Notes: a model not told the origin generated them from the sequence alone. 54,083 nucleotides of DNA from Girardia tigrina (GCA_001938485.1 MQRK01210159.1:17752-71834); one strand, 5' to 3'; counted from the stretch's first letter, positions 12,842 through 26,522 are shown. A program made the numbers and translations.

Positions 12842-13966
12842 TATGTCGTCAGAAACAAGAAGTTCAGAATTAATTATTCGTTTATTTTAAGAAAATCCAC
12901 AATCAAGTCTAAAAACAATTGCTAGAAAGGCAAGGTTTGTCAGAAAACAGTTTCTAATGTTATTAAAAACTTCAATGAGAACTTGAACGTTTGTAGAAAA
13001 ATTGGTTCAGGAAAAAGAAAGGGTTTTTCGTGTACACAGAATGTTAGGAATGTAAAGTTCTCTGTTAGAGAGAAATCTTCGTCTATCAAATCGAAAACTG
13101 GCGGTAAAGGCAAATTGTAGCGAGAAAACAGTTCGGAAAATTAAACAATCTGGGGGATTAAAAATGTATAAAGTTCAAACAGTACCAGACCAGAACGCTA
13201 ACAAGAATGTAAAGGCGCAGCAGCGAGCCAGAAAGTTGAAATCTGGTTTTCTTGCGAAGGAAAAATGTTTCATTATGAATGATGAGACTTATGTGCTCTG
13301 CGAGTTTTCCCAGCTACTCGGACAAGAATTTTACTCTACAACTAAGAGAGGTGGAGTTGAAGAAAAATTTAGAAGCAAGAAAAAATCTAAGTTTCCCAAA
13401 AAAATCTTCTTTGGCAGGCTATATGTGAATGCGGGAAAAGGAGTAAATACTTTGTCACTTCTTGCAAAAAAAACACAGAAGTCTATGTGAAGAAGTGCTT
13501 GTAAAAGCGTTTTTTAACATTCATAAGTCAGCACGGAGGTCTTTCTTTTGGCCGAATTTGGCATCATGTCACTATGGAAAGGCAGTCAAGAAGTGGTGAG
13601 AAGACAATAACGTCGATTTGGTGCCATGAGAGGCAAACCCACCAAATTGTGCAGAGCTTCGCCCGATCGAAAGATATTGGGCCCTGGTAAAATGGTAATT
13701 AGAGAAGACAAACAAACAAAATTGTAGATTTTCGGAACAAGTTGAATAATGCAGCCAAAAACGTGACTGAAACTACAATTGCAAGTGTAATGGCAGGCAT
13801 TCCGGAAAAGCTGGCAGAATTTATTTAAAAAAATAATCTTTCTTAGCTTACTAAAATTATTTTGAATTAAACATATTTTTCAAAACAGTCGGTATTTTTT
13901 CAATAAAAATATTGTTATGAAGATACAGGATTTTAAAGTTAGTAATATTTTTCTCATTCAATCCTT
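12842..13966 (+). mobile_element. Tc1-like DD37E transposon, degenerate
   Basis: MNDETY...WP(N)LASCHYG...NPPNCAELRPIERYWALVK; 37 residues counted between the second D position and E; stops and frameshifts. Confidence 0.85.
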
Positions 13967-14138
13967 AGTCTTAATTTTTATCTCTTGTATATACATTATT
14001 TTTAATTTCAAATTTATTCTGATAGTAAATAATTTTAAAACCATTTATCAGAAAAAAAACTTAATTTAATTCAATAAAATTTTTATTGGTCACGATTTTT
14101 TTGTTATTAATTTTATCGAAAACTTTTGATAAATTAAG

Positions 14139-14407
14139 ATATCGGAAATTGGCCGTTAAATATCATCCAAAAAAACATCCAGAATCCGATTGTGTTTATG
14201 ATCAGTTTTTTAAAATCGGTGAAGCGTACGACGTTCTATCGAATGATAGAAAGAGAGCGGTTTACGATCAGTTTGGGGAAGTTGGTTTAAAGCAGGGCAT
14301 TCCCATGAGTAATCTAAATTTTGGTGCATGGACTGAAGGTTATACTTACCATGGAAACCCGGAGAAAACATTTCTTGAATTTTATAGTTCAAATAATCCG
14401 TTTCAAG
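14139..14407 (+). CDS. DNAJB13: DNAJB13 exon 2 (J-domain and G/F region)
   Basis: YRKLAVKYHPKK...EAYDVLSNDRKRAVYDQFGEVGLKQGIP...GYTYHGNPEKTFLEFYSSNNPFQ; AG/GT boundaries. Confidence 0.95.
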
Positions 14408-14453
14408 GTTAATCAATCGATTATGATCGATTAGTAAATGATATAAAATACAG

Positions 14454-14611
14454 AATACTTTGACCATATTGATGGTGACATGCACATGAGCTTCGGAGGA
14501 TTATATGGTCGCGGCATTATAAAGCGAGACGAACCGATTCAGAGAAATTTAATGATTACTCTAGAGGAGGTTTTTCACGGTTGTGTGAAGAAGATGAAGA
14601 TTACGAGGCGG
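14454..14611 (+). CDS. DNAJB13: DNAJB13 exon 3
   Basis: Follows a 46-nt intron: EYFDHIDGDMHMSFGGLYGRGIIKRDEPIQRNLMITLEEVFHGCVKKMKITRR; GT at 14612. Confidence 0.95.
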
Positions 14612-15732
14612 GTATGAATATCATATATTATATCATATATTAGTGTAATCATCATGACCCTTACCCTCATTATTGAAATCTTTTTGACCAGTGACAAACT
14701 ATTTCAATTTAGACTTCAACATGTACTAAAGAAAATAAATTAAAATTACTTTCTCTTTTTGCTACTTTTGTCTTGTATTTATCTCCAATTCTTTTTTATG
14801 CTTATGTCCGATAAACAAGTAGATTTAAGGAGAAAATATAGTGATTACTTTTTTTCTTAAATTGAACATAGCTATAAAAGATAAAATAGAGGTAATAGCC
14901 ACTGAAAGAGAAAATTTTGGAAAAATTAGAGATCAATGTCATGAAACCTCAATTCCTACCAACAAACAATCTTTCGTCTTTCAACTAAATCCTATAGGGG
15001 ACCTATTTTCAATACATGCAAGCAGAATAAGGTACATTTTAAAGACTGTTAATCATTTATTCTTATGATTTACAACAATAAGATTTTAAGTTGTGTTTTG
15101 TGTAGATGAACCATGATAGATGTATGATAATCAAAGTTATGTATTATATGTGGATTAATCATTCTCCTTTAGCATGGAAAGTGGATACTTTTCGGACACC
15201 CGCCGTAATTATTTTTGTTTCTATATGTTTTGTATGTCAAGTATTAACTAAGATGCATTAAATTAAGTAAATTTATTAATGTATCAAACAAATACATCCT
15301 AAAGAAATTCATAATTCAAAAGGATTTTAAATATTTTTTTCAATGAAATATACATTGGAACTAAGTAAGCATTTCAATCATCTAAAGCTATTAATTCGTC
15401 CTTGTCAGTTGTTACAAAATACTCCAAGAATTCACAATTTTCAAGTTTGATTTCATTGTTTATGAATCTATTAATACCAGTGTAAGACTACATCGGTAAC
15501 TGAAGATTCTCTGAAAATCGAATATATTTTCAGTTGTTTGATTTGAGTTTTTTTTCTTTCAGGAAAGAAAACAATCTGATGTGCTGAAAATGTTTCGTTT
15601 GCTTCTTTCTTTGTCCTAAAACAAGGCCACAAAATTAATTGCTTTTCATAAAAAATGCTGCCAGAATAATTGCTTCTTGACGAATCACTCGAGGATAAAT
15701 TTTAATAGCAAAAAATAACAGCAAGTATAATA

Positions 15733-16206
15733 CACTGAGTAACAGCCAACAATCGTTAGGGGTTTCTCAGCCGATTTAGATTAATTGTGGTTTTCTGAGT
15801 CCGAAAATCACATTGAGTTTGCTCTATCAGGTCAACTTTTTGAGATACAGTCATAGGCCTACCTGGCCTTTATATAATTATATATATAAAATATAATTCA
15901 ATATTCTCTAAATTCAATATTCAATATAATTCAATATATTTCAAAATGTATTTAATTAACCCTTGGTCAATCAAATTTATTCTAAATTTCATTGTCTGAC
16001 ACTTTTCGTTTTTCCTTTCAGTTTATTGTAATGGCTTCGGCTGGGCGGTCATGTAGGAATAATCTTGACATATTCTGCTACATCTGTAGGGAATACACGC
16101 TGTCAGAGAATTAGAACTTCACAGGATTTGTGAAGTGCGCCAACAAAAATCAAACTGGGTGACCAAGATAAATACTGGGCACCGCACACGATGTGCAAGA
16201 CGTGCT
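15733..16206 (+). mobile_element. Chapaev3-like DNA transposon 5' fragment
   Basis: CACTG terminus; ATG 16031 MASAGRSCRNNLDIFCYIC...KLGDQDKYWAPHTMCKTC. Confidence 0.65.
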
Positions 16207-17965
16207 TTCATCATTCAATTTGTTTCTAAAGTTATTTTAATAACGTTCATGCTCGTAAACAATATATCGCACAAATATGTTGAACCAAATATATTTAAAT
16301 GCTAAAAGCGAAGTTTTTCAACTCTCCAAAGCTTGCAGGCAAACAAGTTCATGTTTCAAAAATTAATTGATCAACATTTTTTTCATTTTTTTTAATTTCA
16401 GACCATTTTTTATCTTTTGCAAGTGCGCTATTTGTCCTTTCTAAGTTTTTTAATGCTGCGATAAGGTTCACAGCTTTGACTTCCATCTATCCTTGTTCTT
16501 TAGTCTTCAAATTGAAGCTCAAATTTAGCTCTATTTATGGTGGGGAATGATGTAAAATTTAACATTAAAATAACTGAATCCAATGGATTTGTTAAAAATT
16601 TTAAAGTTAGCTTTTGAAATTGAAATTCTTTAAAACGTTTGGCAAAATGAGGTTTCATTTGCATTACAATCTTGATAAAATATTTGAAATTGATTTGTCC
16701 ACCTTTCTTTCTAAACTAATTTAATAACAGAAAATGAAGTATTTATCCTATTCTATATCCTTTGCAAATAAAGCTAAGTTGTTTTCAAAAGAAAGACATT
16801 CTTCTAAAAGGTAAATAGCTGTTTCCTGTTCCTTGTAATTTTATATTAAGGTGATTAAAATGGACCATAAAGTCTGTAACGAAGTATCATTTTTCTAGTC
16901 AATTATCATCAGATAATTCCATAATCACATTATTTTTTACCACCAGTCACAATTTGATTTCCGGCAGACAATCAGAAAAACGGCGAAGTACTTTGCCCTT
17001 CGAAAGCCATCATCCTTTATTATGAAGAAATTCTGTGTACTAATGGTCAAATTCTTTCAAATATTCGCAAAATTGCCGATGATTTAATCTCCTGGCTATT
17101 ATGATGTTTACAATGTTAATCACCGTATTCATCCCCATAAGTAGTTCACTTGAGAAAAATTGTGCACACAAGGCTTCTTGGTGAATAATACAGTGAAACG
17201 ATAATATTTAACGATTTAATTTCTTTTTAAATAGCGGAATGAATCCTTTCAATCCAACCATACTCGGAATTCTATCTGTGACAATAAACACAATTTTTCG
17301 AGATCAATCTCATTGTTTAATAAGCAATTTGATACTGCCTTTTCAATATTTTCTCCTCTAGTTTGACCATAAAGTTGAATAAGTTCTAATAATTCTTCTT
17401 CATGACCCAATGAATTGATATACCTGCAAACAAGGGCAACCTGTGCTATGTCATATACATCACAAGATTCATCAACAGCAATAGACAAAGCATGAGAGTG
17501 AGATATATCAACAATTTGTTGTTTTGTGATTTCTACTGCCATACGAATTGTTCGTCTCTTAAAGTTTTGGCTGTTAATGGAATGTCCTTTATTTTTTTAT
17601 TATTTCGACCTTTTTATTAAGATCAGTAAATAAATTTTAATCAGTTCTTAAGAAACATTCTTTCATATATTCTCCATCTGTAAAAGGTTTTCCTCGTTTG
17701 GAAATGTCGTGTGAGACTGCAAAGCTAGCTTGAGTAGTATTATTAGTTGTCATTTGTCATGTATTTTCTTGCAAATGTGTAATCACTAGAGTTATTTCAT
17801 CTCCAAGTTGATTATTAACTGCAAAAGCACTGTTTTTTCTGTTGGAAATTCCGTTCGATTTTCGATTTTTTAATGCTTTAGAATATTTCATGACATATTA
17901 AACTTTCGGTTATCCATTCGCCTCTGCGATTACATCAAATATATTTATCCATTCCTTAGGGAATT
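16207..17965 (-). mobile_element. hAT Charlie/Buster-type transposase pseudogene
   Basis: SIAVDESCDVYDIAQ, FHCIIHQEALCAQ, WLSKGKVLRRF and FGSTYLC motifs in broken frames. Confidence 0.9.
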
Positions 17966-18049
17966 ATCTACGTTCGTCGTAGATGTCGTGCTTTTTGGTG
18001 ACTACATTTTATGTCCTTGTTGGTACACGAGCTGGTGCAGCGTGGTCGC

Positions 18050-19419
18050 TGGAACCCAGGGTTGGGTATTTGGTGTTTCTGGGACAAGGGGAAGGAAAGA
18101 CTGATCTTACCGACGTTGTATGATATTTGTTTGCCTTTTGAACTACCAACCAAAGCAAAGTATCGCATAGTGTATTTTGCAGAAACTGCTTCACCGGCAC
18201 CTAATTCATAAGATACAATTTCTGACTGATTTTCCTCGAAAGTTGAGACCCTTCGAAAAGCATTTTCATTACCTACAGTTATGTTGGATTTAATACTGTC
18301 TTTTTCTTTAGCCTGACAACCGTCCTGGATAATAACATTGTTATAGTGTCCGTTGGTGTTTAACATGGCCATAAGGCGTTCTCCGGCTAGTGAAAGTCGG
18401 TGCATCACCAACTGATCGACGTCAATTGTGAATCCCGTGCAATTTCTTCTCTCCTTAGATTCTGGAATGATTTTTAGATTACGTTGTCATAACGACCACT
18501 AATCATCAAATTGAATCCTGCCGATTGTAATTACGCAGCAAAAACTACACCAATATAGAAACTACACGATCCAAGTACGATAAAATCGAATTCTACATTT
18601 TTCCAATCGCATTTCGGAAGGAATGATTGGATACATAACCAGTAACTAAAACAGCCTTGGATTGCTTTATCCGACCCAATTCTCCACTAATATTACCACT
18701 TTCATTCGACAATCGTTCCAAGACTGTAGTTATCGAACCGCTACAAAATGATAATTTCAATTGGAATTTTTCAATATTTAATTTAGAGGTATTTTTATCG
18801 CCAATTGATTTTCGAAACTCAAACTGTTTATACCAATTTTGACAGTGTTTTCGGCGATTTTTCCGATTAATTTAATGACTTGACTATCTACTTGACCAGT
18901 CACAGTACTCCAAATAAGTTCGGTCATTTTCTTGTGACCAATTAACAATCGAACGGGCTCTCCTATCTCCACTTCGCGTAAGATATCGCAACACATCCGC
19001 AAGCACTGAACTTTAGCAATCATTGGATCGGTCGAGTCACAGATGTCGAAATCGCTGACAAAGAACTCTCTCAAACGATATTTCTCGAGATCGATCTGCT
19101 CGTTCCGATAAACGCGACCGGTCTGAGAGATCTTCATGTGCTTCTCGATTTTGTATCATCGACAAATATCGCGTCAAAGGATGCTTTCAGAAGTACAGCA
19201 GCGCGAGAATCTTTCCGTCCTGATCGTTTAGGTCTAACATATGCATGCACTTGTCTGTCTTGCTCTGGAAGATCTCTTTTAACTCGAAAACGGGCGTCTA
19301 GAGCCTCTCTGCTCGTGTCTCATATAGATACCATCGATTATCGCCACTATTTTCTGTCGCTCGCTCATGAATAACGGCGTTTTATCGGTGAATGCCTTTG
19401 CGTACCCGATATTCAACAT
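18050..19419 (-). pseudogene. Divergent intronless histidyl-tRNA synthetase-like pseudogene
   Basis: ATG 19419; TPVFELKE...DLNDQDGKILAL; motif 2 GRVYRNEQ...RLREFFVSDFDICDSTDPMIAKVQCL; SGRYDNVI; motif 3-like [11 protein letters not shown]; multiple stops and frameshifts. Confidence 0.85.
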
Positions 19420-21087
19420 TTTATTTCTCAGACTCATTTGTTTTCAGTTGATTGGTATTTCGCCAAATTTATTTCAACAAGGTTATCAATACCAAATTTC
19501 AAAAAAAAAATTTTAAATTTTAAAAAACTGAACATCATAAATCGAAAAACAAAAAATTTAGCCAATCAGAAACAGTCTTCAATAAAAATAAAACAATGCA
19601 TTGACATATTTTAAGCCACTACGATGTGGTCTTTTTTTAATTTGTGCTTTTTAAACGCTATTTTGGCAAAATTTCTTTTAGCTTTTTTTTATTGATCGTT
19701 TTTATTTTTTTTTATTTTTTTTATCTTTTTTTATTTAATTTTTTGTCACGAGACTGTCTGTATTTTATCATCAGATAATTTGTATTTGGATCACAATTAA
19801 ACCCAATGTCATTAAGATAAAACAGATTGTCAGTTAGCTAAAATTTTCTAACCGTTTATGAATAATCAATTTATCTGATTATGAGATGATGATAACGATT
19901 TCAGTTTTGTTTTGTTGCAATTTGCAGACGATCGAGAGTGATCAGTTTCAGATTTTGCTAAGACAAAAACTATTTTCGAAAAAATACTGAAAAAAAATTA
20001 CTTGTAATTAACGTATGTTTTTGTTGTTTCTTTTAAAGTGATAATTTTTACAGTACCACTCGATTACATTTTATTATTGAAGGTTCGTTTTTAAGAAAAT
20101 TCTCGAACACACTATATTTATTACGCTATTATTTTTTAAAGATATTGAAATATGCAAAAAAATTTTCTAAATAAAAAAGAAAATTAATCATATTTTGTCT
20201 GTGGAACGAAAAAATATTAATATGGAGAGTATAAGTTTACGTCCACTGTAAAATTTTACGTGAAGCAGTATTTTTTATATCTAGAGCTGCAGGTTACCGA
20301 CCGCAGCCCCAATGCATATTATATTATTTTGACTCGATATAAAAGTTGAACTATTTTTATTCGAGTATTTTTACTCCTCATTTATTTCAAATAAATTTTA
20401 TAAAAGAATTCGTGTTCTTTACAATTAGAATTCTGATTATGCCAAAAGAAATCGTCAAAATATATAATAATTATTATTATTTTTGATAGCTTTCATTTAT
20501 TTATTTCTATTTTTATTGTTAGAATACAGGCAAAAGGATTTTTTGTAGAAAAAAAATAGTTCAATGTAATTTTCGTCGAGAAAAAAATCTTTTGTTAGAA
20601 AATATTTTTTTATCAAATATTCATATTTCTCAACTTATTTCGAACTAAAATCTTAAATTAAATTTTATTTCATTTGCTTTTCAATTAGTATTTTATATGT
20701 GAGATTCATCAAATTAAATCCTCAACGATGTTATTCAAAGAGATTGCATGGAATCTTTATTAGTCAATCTAATTTATTCTATTTATTTATCAATTAATTG
20801 GTTTTTTCAGCTTTTATTTTTTTATTAAAAAATAAAATACATATTATAAACAAAGAAGTCACAGGAAAGGATTTAAAAGTGGAGAACAATTTGTAACAAC
20901 AGGGAACAATTGATAAATATAGAATAGGGAAATATGTTTTATTACTGATAATTTGTAAAAATATTATTTTAACAAAAAAGTAGAAGTATTATCATAACAA
21001 TATTCAAGCAAATATAATAAATTGTCTTTGAGTGTAGAATGAATACCATAAGATGATTTATAATATTGTGGGATCTTAAATTAACTA

Positions 21088-21169
21088 CTCCCTCCATCCG
21101 GAAATATGGTATACATTTGTATACCAAATTGTATACTAAAATGTATACCATATTTCCGGACGGAGGGAG
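21088..21169. mobile_element. Stowaway-like MITE, 82 bp
   Basis: TA|CTCCCTCCATCCGGAAATATGGTATACATTT...AAATGTATACCATATTTCCGGACGGAGGGAG|TA. Confidence 0.9.
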
Positions 21170-21659
21170 TATATACGTGTGTGACCCAAATTTTTGGAAA
21201 ATTTGCTGATGTAATCATCATTAAAATTAGTTTTCCTTCATCATAATGATTTAATAATAATAACGAGTTATCTTTAACTAACAACATAATATTCTTTAAA
21301 AATTTTAATAAAAACATCTTATCAATTTTAGTTTCTAAAGGTAATCTTCTTAAAAGTTTATTAGCATTTAGTAAGGGTTTTTTCCATCAATATTAAAGCA
21401 AAAAATCAAATAACACACTATGTTGATAGAATAAAATAACTCAATGCTTTATTAACAAATATTTTTTTTTGAATAACAAATATATTCAGAAATCCGCCCT
21501 ACGTTTTTGGTTAGGTATAAAATTTCGCACATGTCTAGAAAAAAATTATTTTCCTCTTTTTAGTGCATTGGTAATGCTTGAAAAACGTGGTTGTTTTTAT
21601 AAAAAAAATTTTTTTATTAATAATATTATTTCCCTACTATCATTTCCCGTTTGTTGAAA

Positions 21660-22475
21660 ACAATGAATGTATTTTGTAATTATTTTTCGTTGATTGTTTA
21701 CGCTTTGCTTCGTTTTGGTTGATAAAGTCGCGGTAGATGATATGATGTTGCATTCTTCAATGTCGTAAATTATGAGGATGGTTCTTAAGAGGAGATTCCT
21801 GTGGTGTTATTGTCTCTTGTTCGTATTATGTTTCGTTTGAATTATCATTTGTCGTTGCGTCCTTCTTGTTTGTGTTTCCTGATAGTGTTGTGGATGGGAT
21901 AGTCTTGATGTATGATGCGATAAAGAAATGTTCAACAGGTCTTCCAAAAATATTTTGCCGTTGCTGTTTTCAGTTGCGTGAGGTGTTGTGTCTAAAATGA
22001 AGGCGGGTTTAACTTTGGTAAGTTTTTTCCATCATTAATCATTTTAACTGTGTGGGAGTACATTTCGATGACTTTGGATGGGCCGATGTAAGGAGGTGGT
22101 AAACCTTTTGCGTGCGGGTCTTTTAACTCGATAAATTTGGCTTTGAAGAGCACTTTAGGTAGAAAAACTGACTTGTTCTTTATTATTCACTTGCACAAAT
22201 CCTGATAGAAGGTCAGGAAATGATCTTGTGCAGCTTTGATCTTGGACTTGTCTGGATTTGAAGCTTGATTAGCTAGATAGGCTGAGAACCGGATTTGGGT
22301 TCCGAAAAGTATTTGAGTGGCGTTAGTTGCAGTACTGTTAGTATTCCTCCAGTCTAATAAAAAGAGTGCTAGAGCTTTAATTCAGTGGTTATCTATCTCG
22401 GCGAGAATTTATAGAGATGTTTTCATTGTACAGTGATAACGTTCGATAAGGTCATTAGTCTGTGGAATCCACAGG
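21660..22475 (-). mobile_element. Gypsy integrase C-terminal fragment plus AC-rich tail
   Basis: PQTNDLIER and LKDPHAKGLPPPYIGPSKVIE (GPY/F motif); resembles the 30500-31400 fragment. Confidence 0.65.
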
Positions 22476-23192
22476 TACTAAGTACATAATAAACCGAAAC
22501 AATGTTTGTGACAAATTACTCACATGTCGGCGACTTGTTCTAACATTCAACACCAACGCGACTTGTCTGTACTTGTTTGTGTTTGCTTATGTTGCATAAT
22601 CATTCAGACTAGTAAGCTGTTAACTAGCGATTAATGTGTTTCCTGAAAAGCGTGACTGCAATATTATTGTTAAAGAGGCAATATAAGAGCTTTTCTACAC
22701 ATTTTTAACATTCAAATTTTTATAAATATTATTTCAAATATTAGTTTATCTAGATTCACATACAAGGATACTTGAAGACTTTTCCGAGAACATCGTAACA
22801 ATGCTTTCTGAACGCATTGTTTCTAGGTACTTGATGAGAGTTGAGATATTAGCGATACAGAACAAGTGGCTATAATTTTACTTGATATTGACACCAAATT
22901 TAATATTACCAAAAAAATTTGTTCACTGAGTCCAGTGCTAAGGAATACAATTGACAAAGACCTGTGTTGGAAATAATTTTAAATTTTATCAGAAAAAATT
23001 ATTGGTAGTATTAGAAGTTCTAGGAACATTGTCGGATGTTACTCTGAGTTATTTCAGGCATCAAAACTTTTATTATACAACACAAAAAAGTTTAAATCTA
23101 ATATTTAAACAAACAAAAATTTATACACGACGTAATTTATAAATGTAATTAAATGTCATAGATAACTTACGGACATTATTTTCTGAAATCAG

Positions 23193-23325
23193 GTATTGAA
23201 TCCCGACGGAAGAAGTACAAGTGTTCAAGATAAGATTCTAACGGTTTATGTTAAAAAGGGTTGGTTGGAAGGTACGAAAATTATTTTTCCCAAAGAAGGG
23301 GACCAAGGACCAAATAATGTTCCGG
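23193..23325 (+). CDS. DNAJB13: DNAJB13 exon 4
   Basis: VLNPDGRSTSVQDKILTVYVKKGWLEGTKIIFPKEGDQGPNNVP; CAG/GTAA boundaries, phases consistent. Confidence 0.95.
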
Positions 23326-23652
23326 GTAACTTTTGAGCTTAATTTTTATAAAAATAATAATTCAGAATATTTTTATTTTATCTATGAATAATAATGCTAC
23401 TCATTTATAAAATGTCTCTTTATTTTTGTTTGATAGTTCTAACTCTTTCAACGACTCATGATATTTTTTGTCATTCTCCTTAATCAATTGATGATAAAAT
23501 TCAATTTTCTTTTCATTAGATTTCATTTTAGTACATTTTAGTCTATATTCAATAGATACGTAATTGTTTTTTTTGTATAAATGGAATCTGCTTGACAAGA
23601 TTAGATCTTAAAATTTAGGTTTTAAAATGTTCTTTTTCCACCAATTTAGATA

Positions 23653-24720
23653 TAGTGACCTGATGCTTTTCGAAAAATACGGGACATTGTCAATAAAATA
23701 GAGGATAAAGTAATAAAATGAAAGAAAAGTTAAATAGCCATCATTTACATTTATTTATTTCTCATACTTATTGCTAGAGAGAAAGTTTTATAATAATTTT
23801 GGTTTACTTTGAATGTTATAATAAAATTTATGACAACTTTCTTATCTTGAGTTGTCAAAAGGCTGATTAAAGAAAAAGTACGCTCGAATTCAGCTGATGT
23901 GCCTGGAATTGCTTTTGTGTATTCTGTACCTTTTTTCACTTCAATTATTATGGATGTTCTTTCTCGAAAGTGGACAAAGATTAGATTTATTTTTATTTAT
24001 CCCATGTGGATTTTTTTTTAAAAAAAATATCAGTTGAATTATAGGATTCTTTCAACATCTCTATGTATTCGATCTTGGTTGAATAAAATTTCTTGCTTTG
24101 TTTGTTGCCTAAAGACACGTTGTCTGTTCTTTAATTTAATTTTAGCCAAACATGCTATATTTGTTATCAAAGTTTCTTGATCTTAGTATTGCACTTTACA
24201 ATGAATTTGAAATACTCCTTGAGAGGTTTGACAAATTCAATAGGCCGATTGTAGTAAATTATTAAATATTTAATTTAATTAATAAACAAAACTGGTATTG
24301 TTTGTGTCGGGAAGACGATCTTTCTGTTATCTTGCTGGATGGCGACTTTTCCATAATTATTGAAACGCCATTTTCTTCCGGTAGTTTGATTATTTTCATT
24401 ACTTTGTTCTCGAATTATCTGTGTCAGGGCGACGATCAATTTTCCGAGTGGAAATCATTTTTTGTCAGTTCTCTTCAACAACGCCTTTATCAAATCGTAA
24501 AACCCATCAACAACTGGAGCCACGCTGCGAAAGCTAGTCCAGAAGTACATTCTGATTGATTTGTAAATCACATCTGAATTTGCACAATACTTCTTTAATT
24601 TCTCTGTTCTCAACTTTGTGTACAACTTAAGTGTTGGTATAATTTGATGATCAAAGTTTCAATATCAAAATTCAGCACTTCAGAGTTAGTGGTATTTTAT
24701 GTAATTTGAGCACATAAACA
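23653..24720 (-). mobile_element. hAT (Blackjack-like) remnant
   Basis: Dimerisation motif AIPGTSAEFERTFSLI; terminus with TAGTGACCTGATG...ATACGGGACA. Confidence 0.6.
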
Positions 24721-24733
24721 TGGATCAATTATT

Positions 24734-25440
24734 TTACGACCCAAATGTCTTTATATTTTTGCTATGTAAGTTCTTTTTTTTGTCTATGACTGCCTCAAAA
24801 TTTAAGCACATTACCAATTGTTTTAAATTTGGATATTTATCTTCGAGGATATATTTCTGATAAAACTCAATCTTATACTCTTCGAATATCCATTTTAACT
24901 CGATGCTTAATTGTGATTCTATTAGCTCCATTTGTAAATTTGGAGGCACCGATTCCACCTCTACATTAAATAGAGCTACAAATATTTTGAATATTTCCTC
25001 ATACTTTCGCATATATGAGAATCTGGTATTGAATTCTTCGAGCAATTTCTCTATTTCAGTGGAATATTTGAACATATTTTATGGTCACTTTTATAATCAT
25101 TTAATAATTGGAAATGAATTGAATTGTTTGATCGTAATTGATTTTCATAAAGCTGATCATTTGTTACAAAGGATTTTATATCTTGATAACAATCGATAAT
25201 CAACTTATTTTCATCTTGTAATTTTTGATTTAGTTCATTCAGTTTAACTGTTATATCAGTTAGAAAACATAAATCTAGAAGCCATTGATCATCCAAAAAT
25301 TCATTTATGTTATAAATATTATTGTTCATGAAAGCTTTAATTTCTACTCTTAATTTCCAAAAGCGCAATAAGCAGCTTCCTCGACTTAACCACCGAATTA
25401 TGGTATGAAAAAAAGATTATCATATTCAGATTCGAGTTCA
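24734..25440 (-). mobile_element. hAT Charlie/Buster-type transposase fragment
   Basis: RWLSRGSCLLRFWKLR, WLLDLCFLTDITVKLNELNQKLQ, PPNLQMELIE. Confidence 0.9.
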
Positions 25441-25447
25441 AATTTTT

Positions 25448-25481
<34 letters not shown>
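25448..25481 (+). other. Isolated 34-nt fragment matching the 3' terminus of eukaryotic 18S rRNA
   Basis: AGGTTTCCGTAGGTGAACCTGCGGAAGGATCATT; no further rRNA recognisable on either side. Confidence 0.9.
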
Positions 25482-26469
25482 TTTAGTTTTGATCAAAAAA
25501 ATCGATTTTGGATAAAAAGTAAACTAAATTGTATTTACTAAAAATGCAATGACATCGTACGATCTAGAAAATTCGATATTGGAAAAATATTTTGATTGTT
25601 GAAATTGACGATGCCTCAATGAACTGTTTTTAATTGAATTAATTACCTGGATAACAATTGTCAACACATGAGACATATTCAACACTTAGTACATAGATTC
25701 TCGAGGTCCTACAATCAATGGCAAATGAACATTTCAAAATCTTTTGAAATTTTCTCCAAAGCTTTTATGTGATCGAAAATTAATGTAACAGTTCCAAAAT
25801 TTTTTCCAAACATTTTTTTCCAACATCTTTTGCGGTTCTTATGAGATTTTTTAAATCGATCTGATGACTTTGTGCGGAAATTACTGGCGATGAAATTACC
25901 TGATGACTTACCGTGATGAAATAACATTGATCCTAAAAAAACAGGAAGTATCACTACTTTATCCCAAACACAGATTAAAATTACAATAATGTTGAAAGTT
26001 GATCCTATTGCACTTGTTTTAATTGATATAACTGTCCAGGAAAGAAAAAAGATGATGTTTTTGAATTATTAAACGAAAACTCAAATTTTTCGCCAACAGT
26101 TTTTTAAATTTATTTAAATAAAATCAAAATTGTTATTTGATTCATAATTTTCAGGAATATTTCGAAACATTCTGTATATTGTGTCTTTGAATTGAATTTC
26201 ATATTAAAATCATTATTATTAAAAAGAATAATCTGTTATAAATTTTAATGAAAAAGTTTGTTCGAATAAGAAGAGTTAAAAGGACACTTAATTTATTTTC
26301 AATCAAGAACGATATTGATGTATGAAAGTATTACTACGGATTATTCAGAAAATAATCCAAACTGTAATAATAATAAGTTGTAAAATATGTGAGTTCTCTT
26401 AAAAATAATAACTTGGAAATGCTAACAGTTACAATAAAATAGACAGAATAAAACTTCAATTGGGAGCAA

Positions 26470-26522
26470 AAGTTTTCAAATGGGCCGCATGCGGCCCAGG
26501 GACTGCGAGTTTGGCACTCCTG
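26470..26522. mobile_element. hAT Charlie-type terminal inverted repeat
   Basis: GGGCCGCATGCGGCCC...GAGTTTGGCACTCCTG (reverse complement CAGGAGTGCCAAACT). Confidence 0.75.

Noticed and set aside
25448-25481. Functional rRNA gene
   Set aside because: Only 34 nt; no upstream 18S and no downstream 5.8S.
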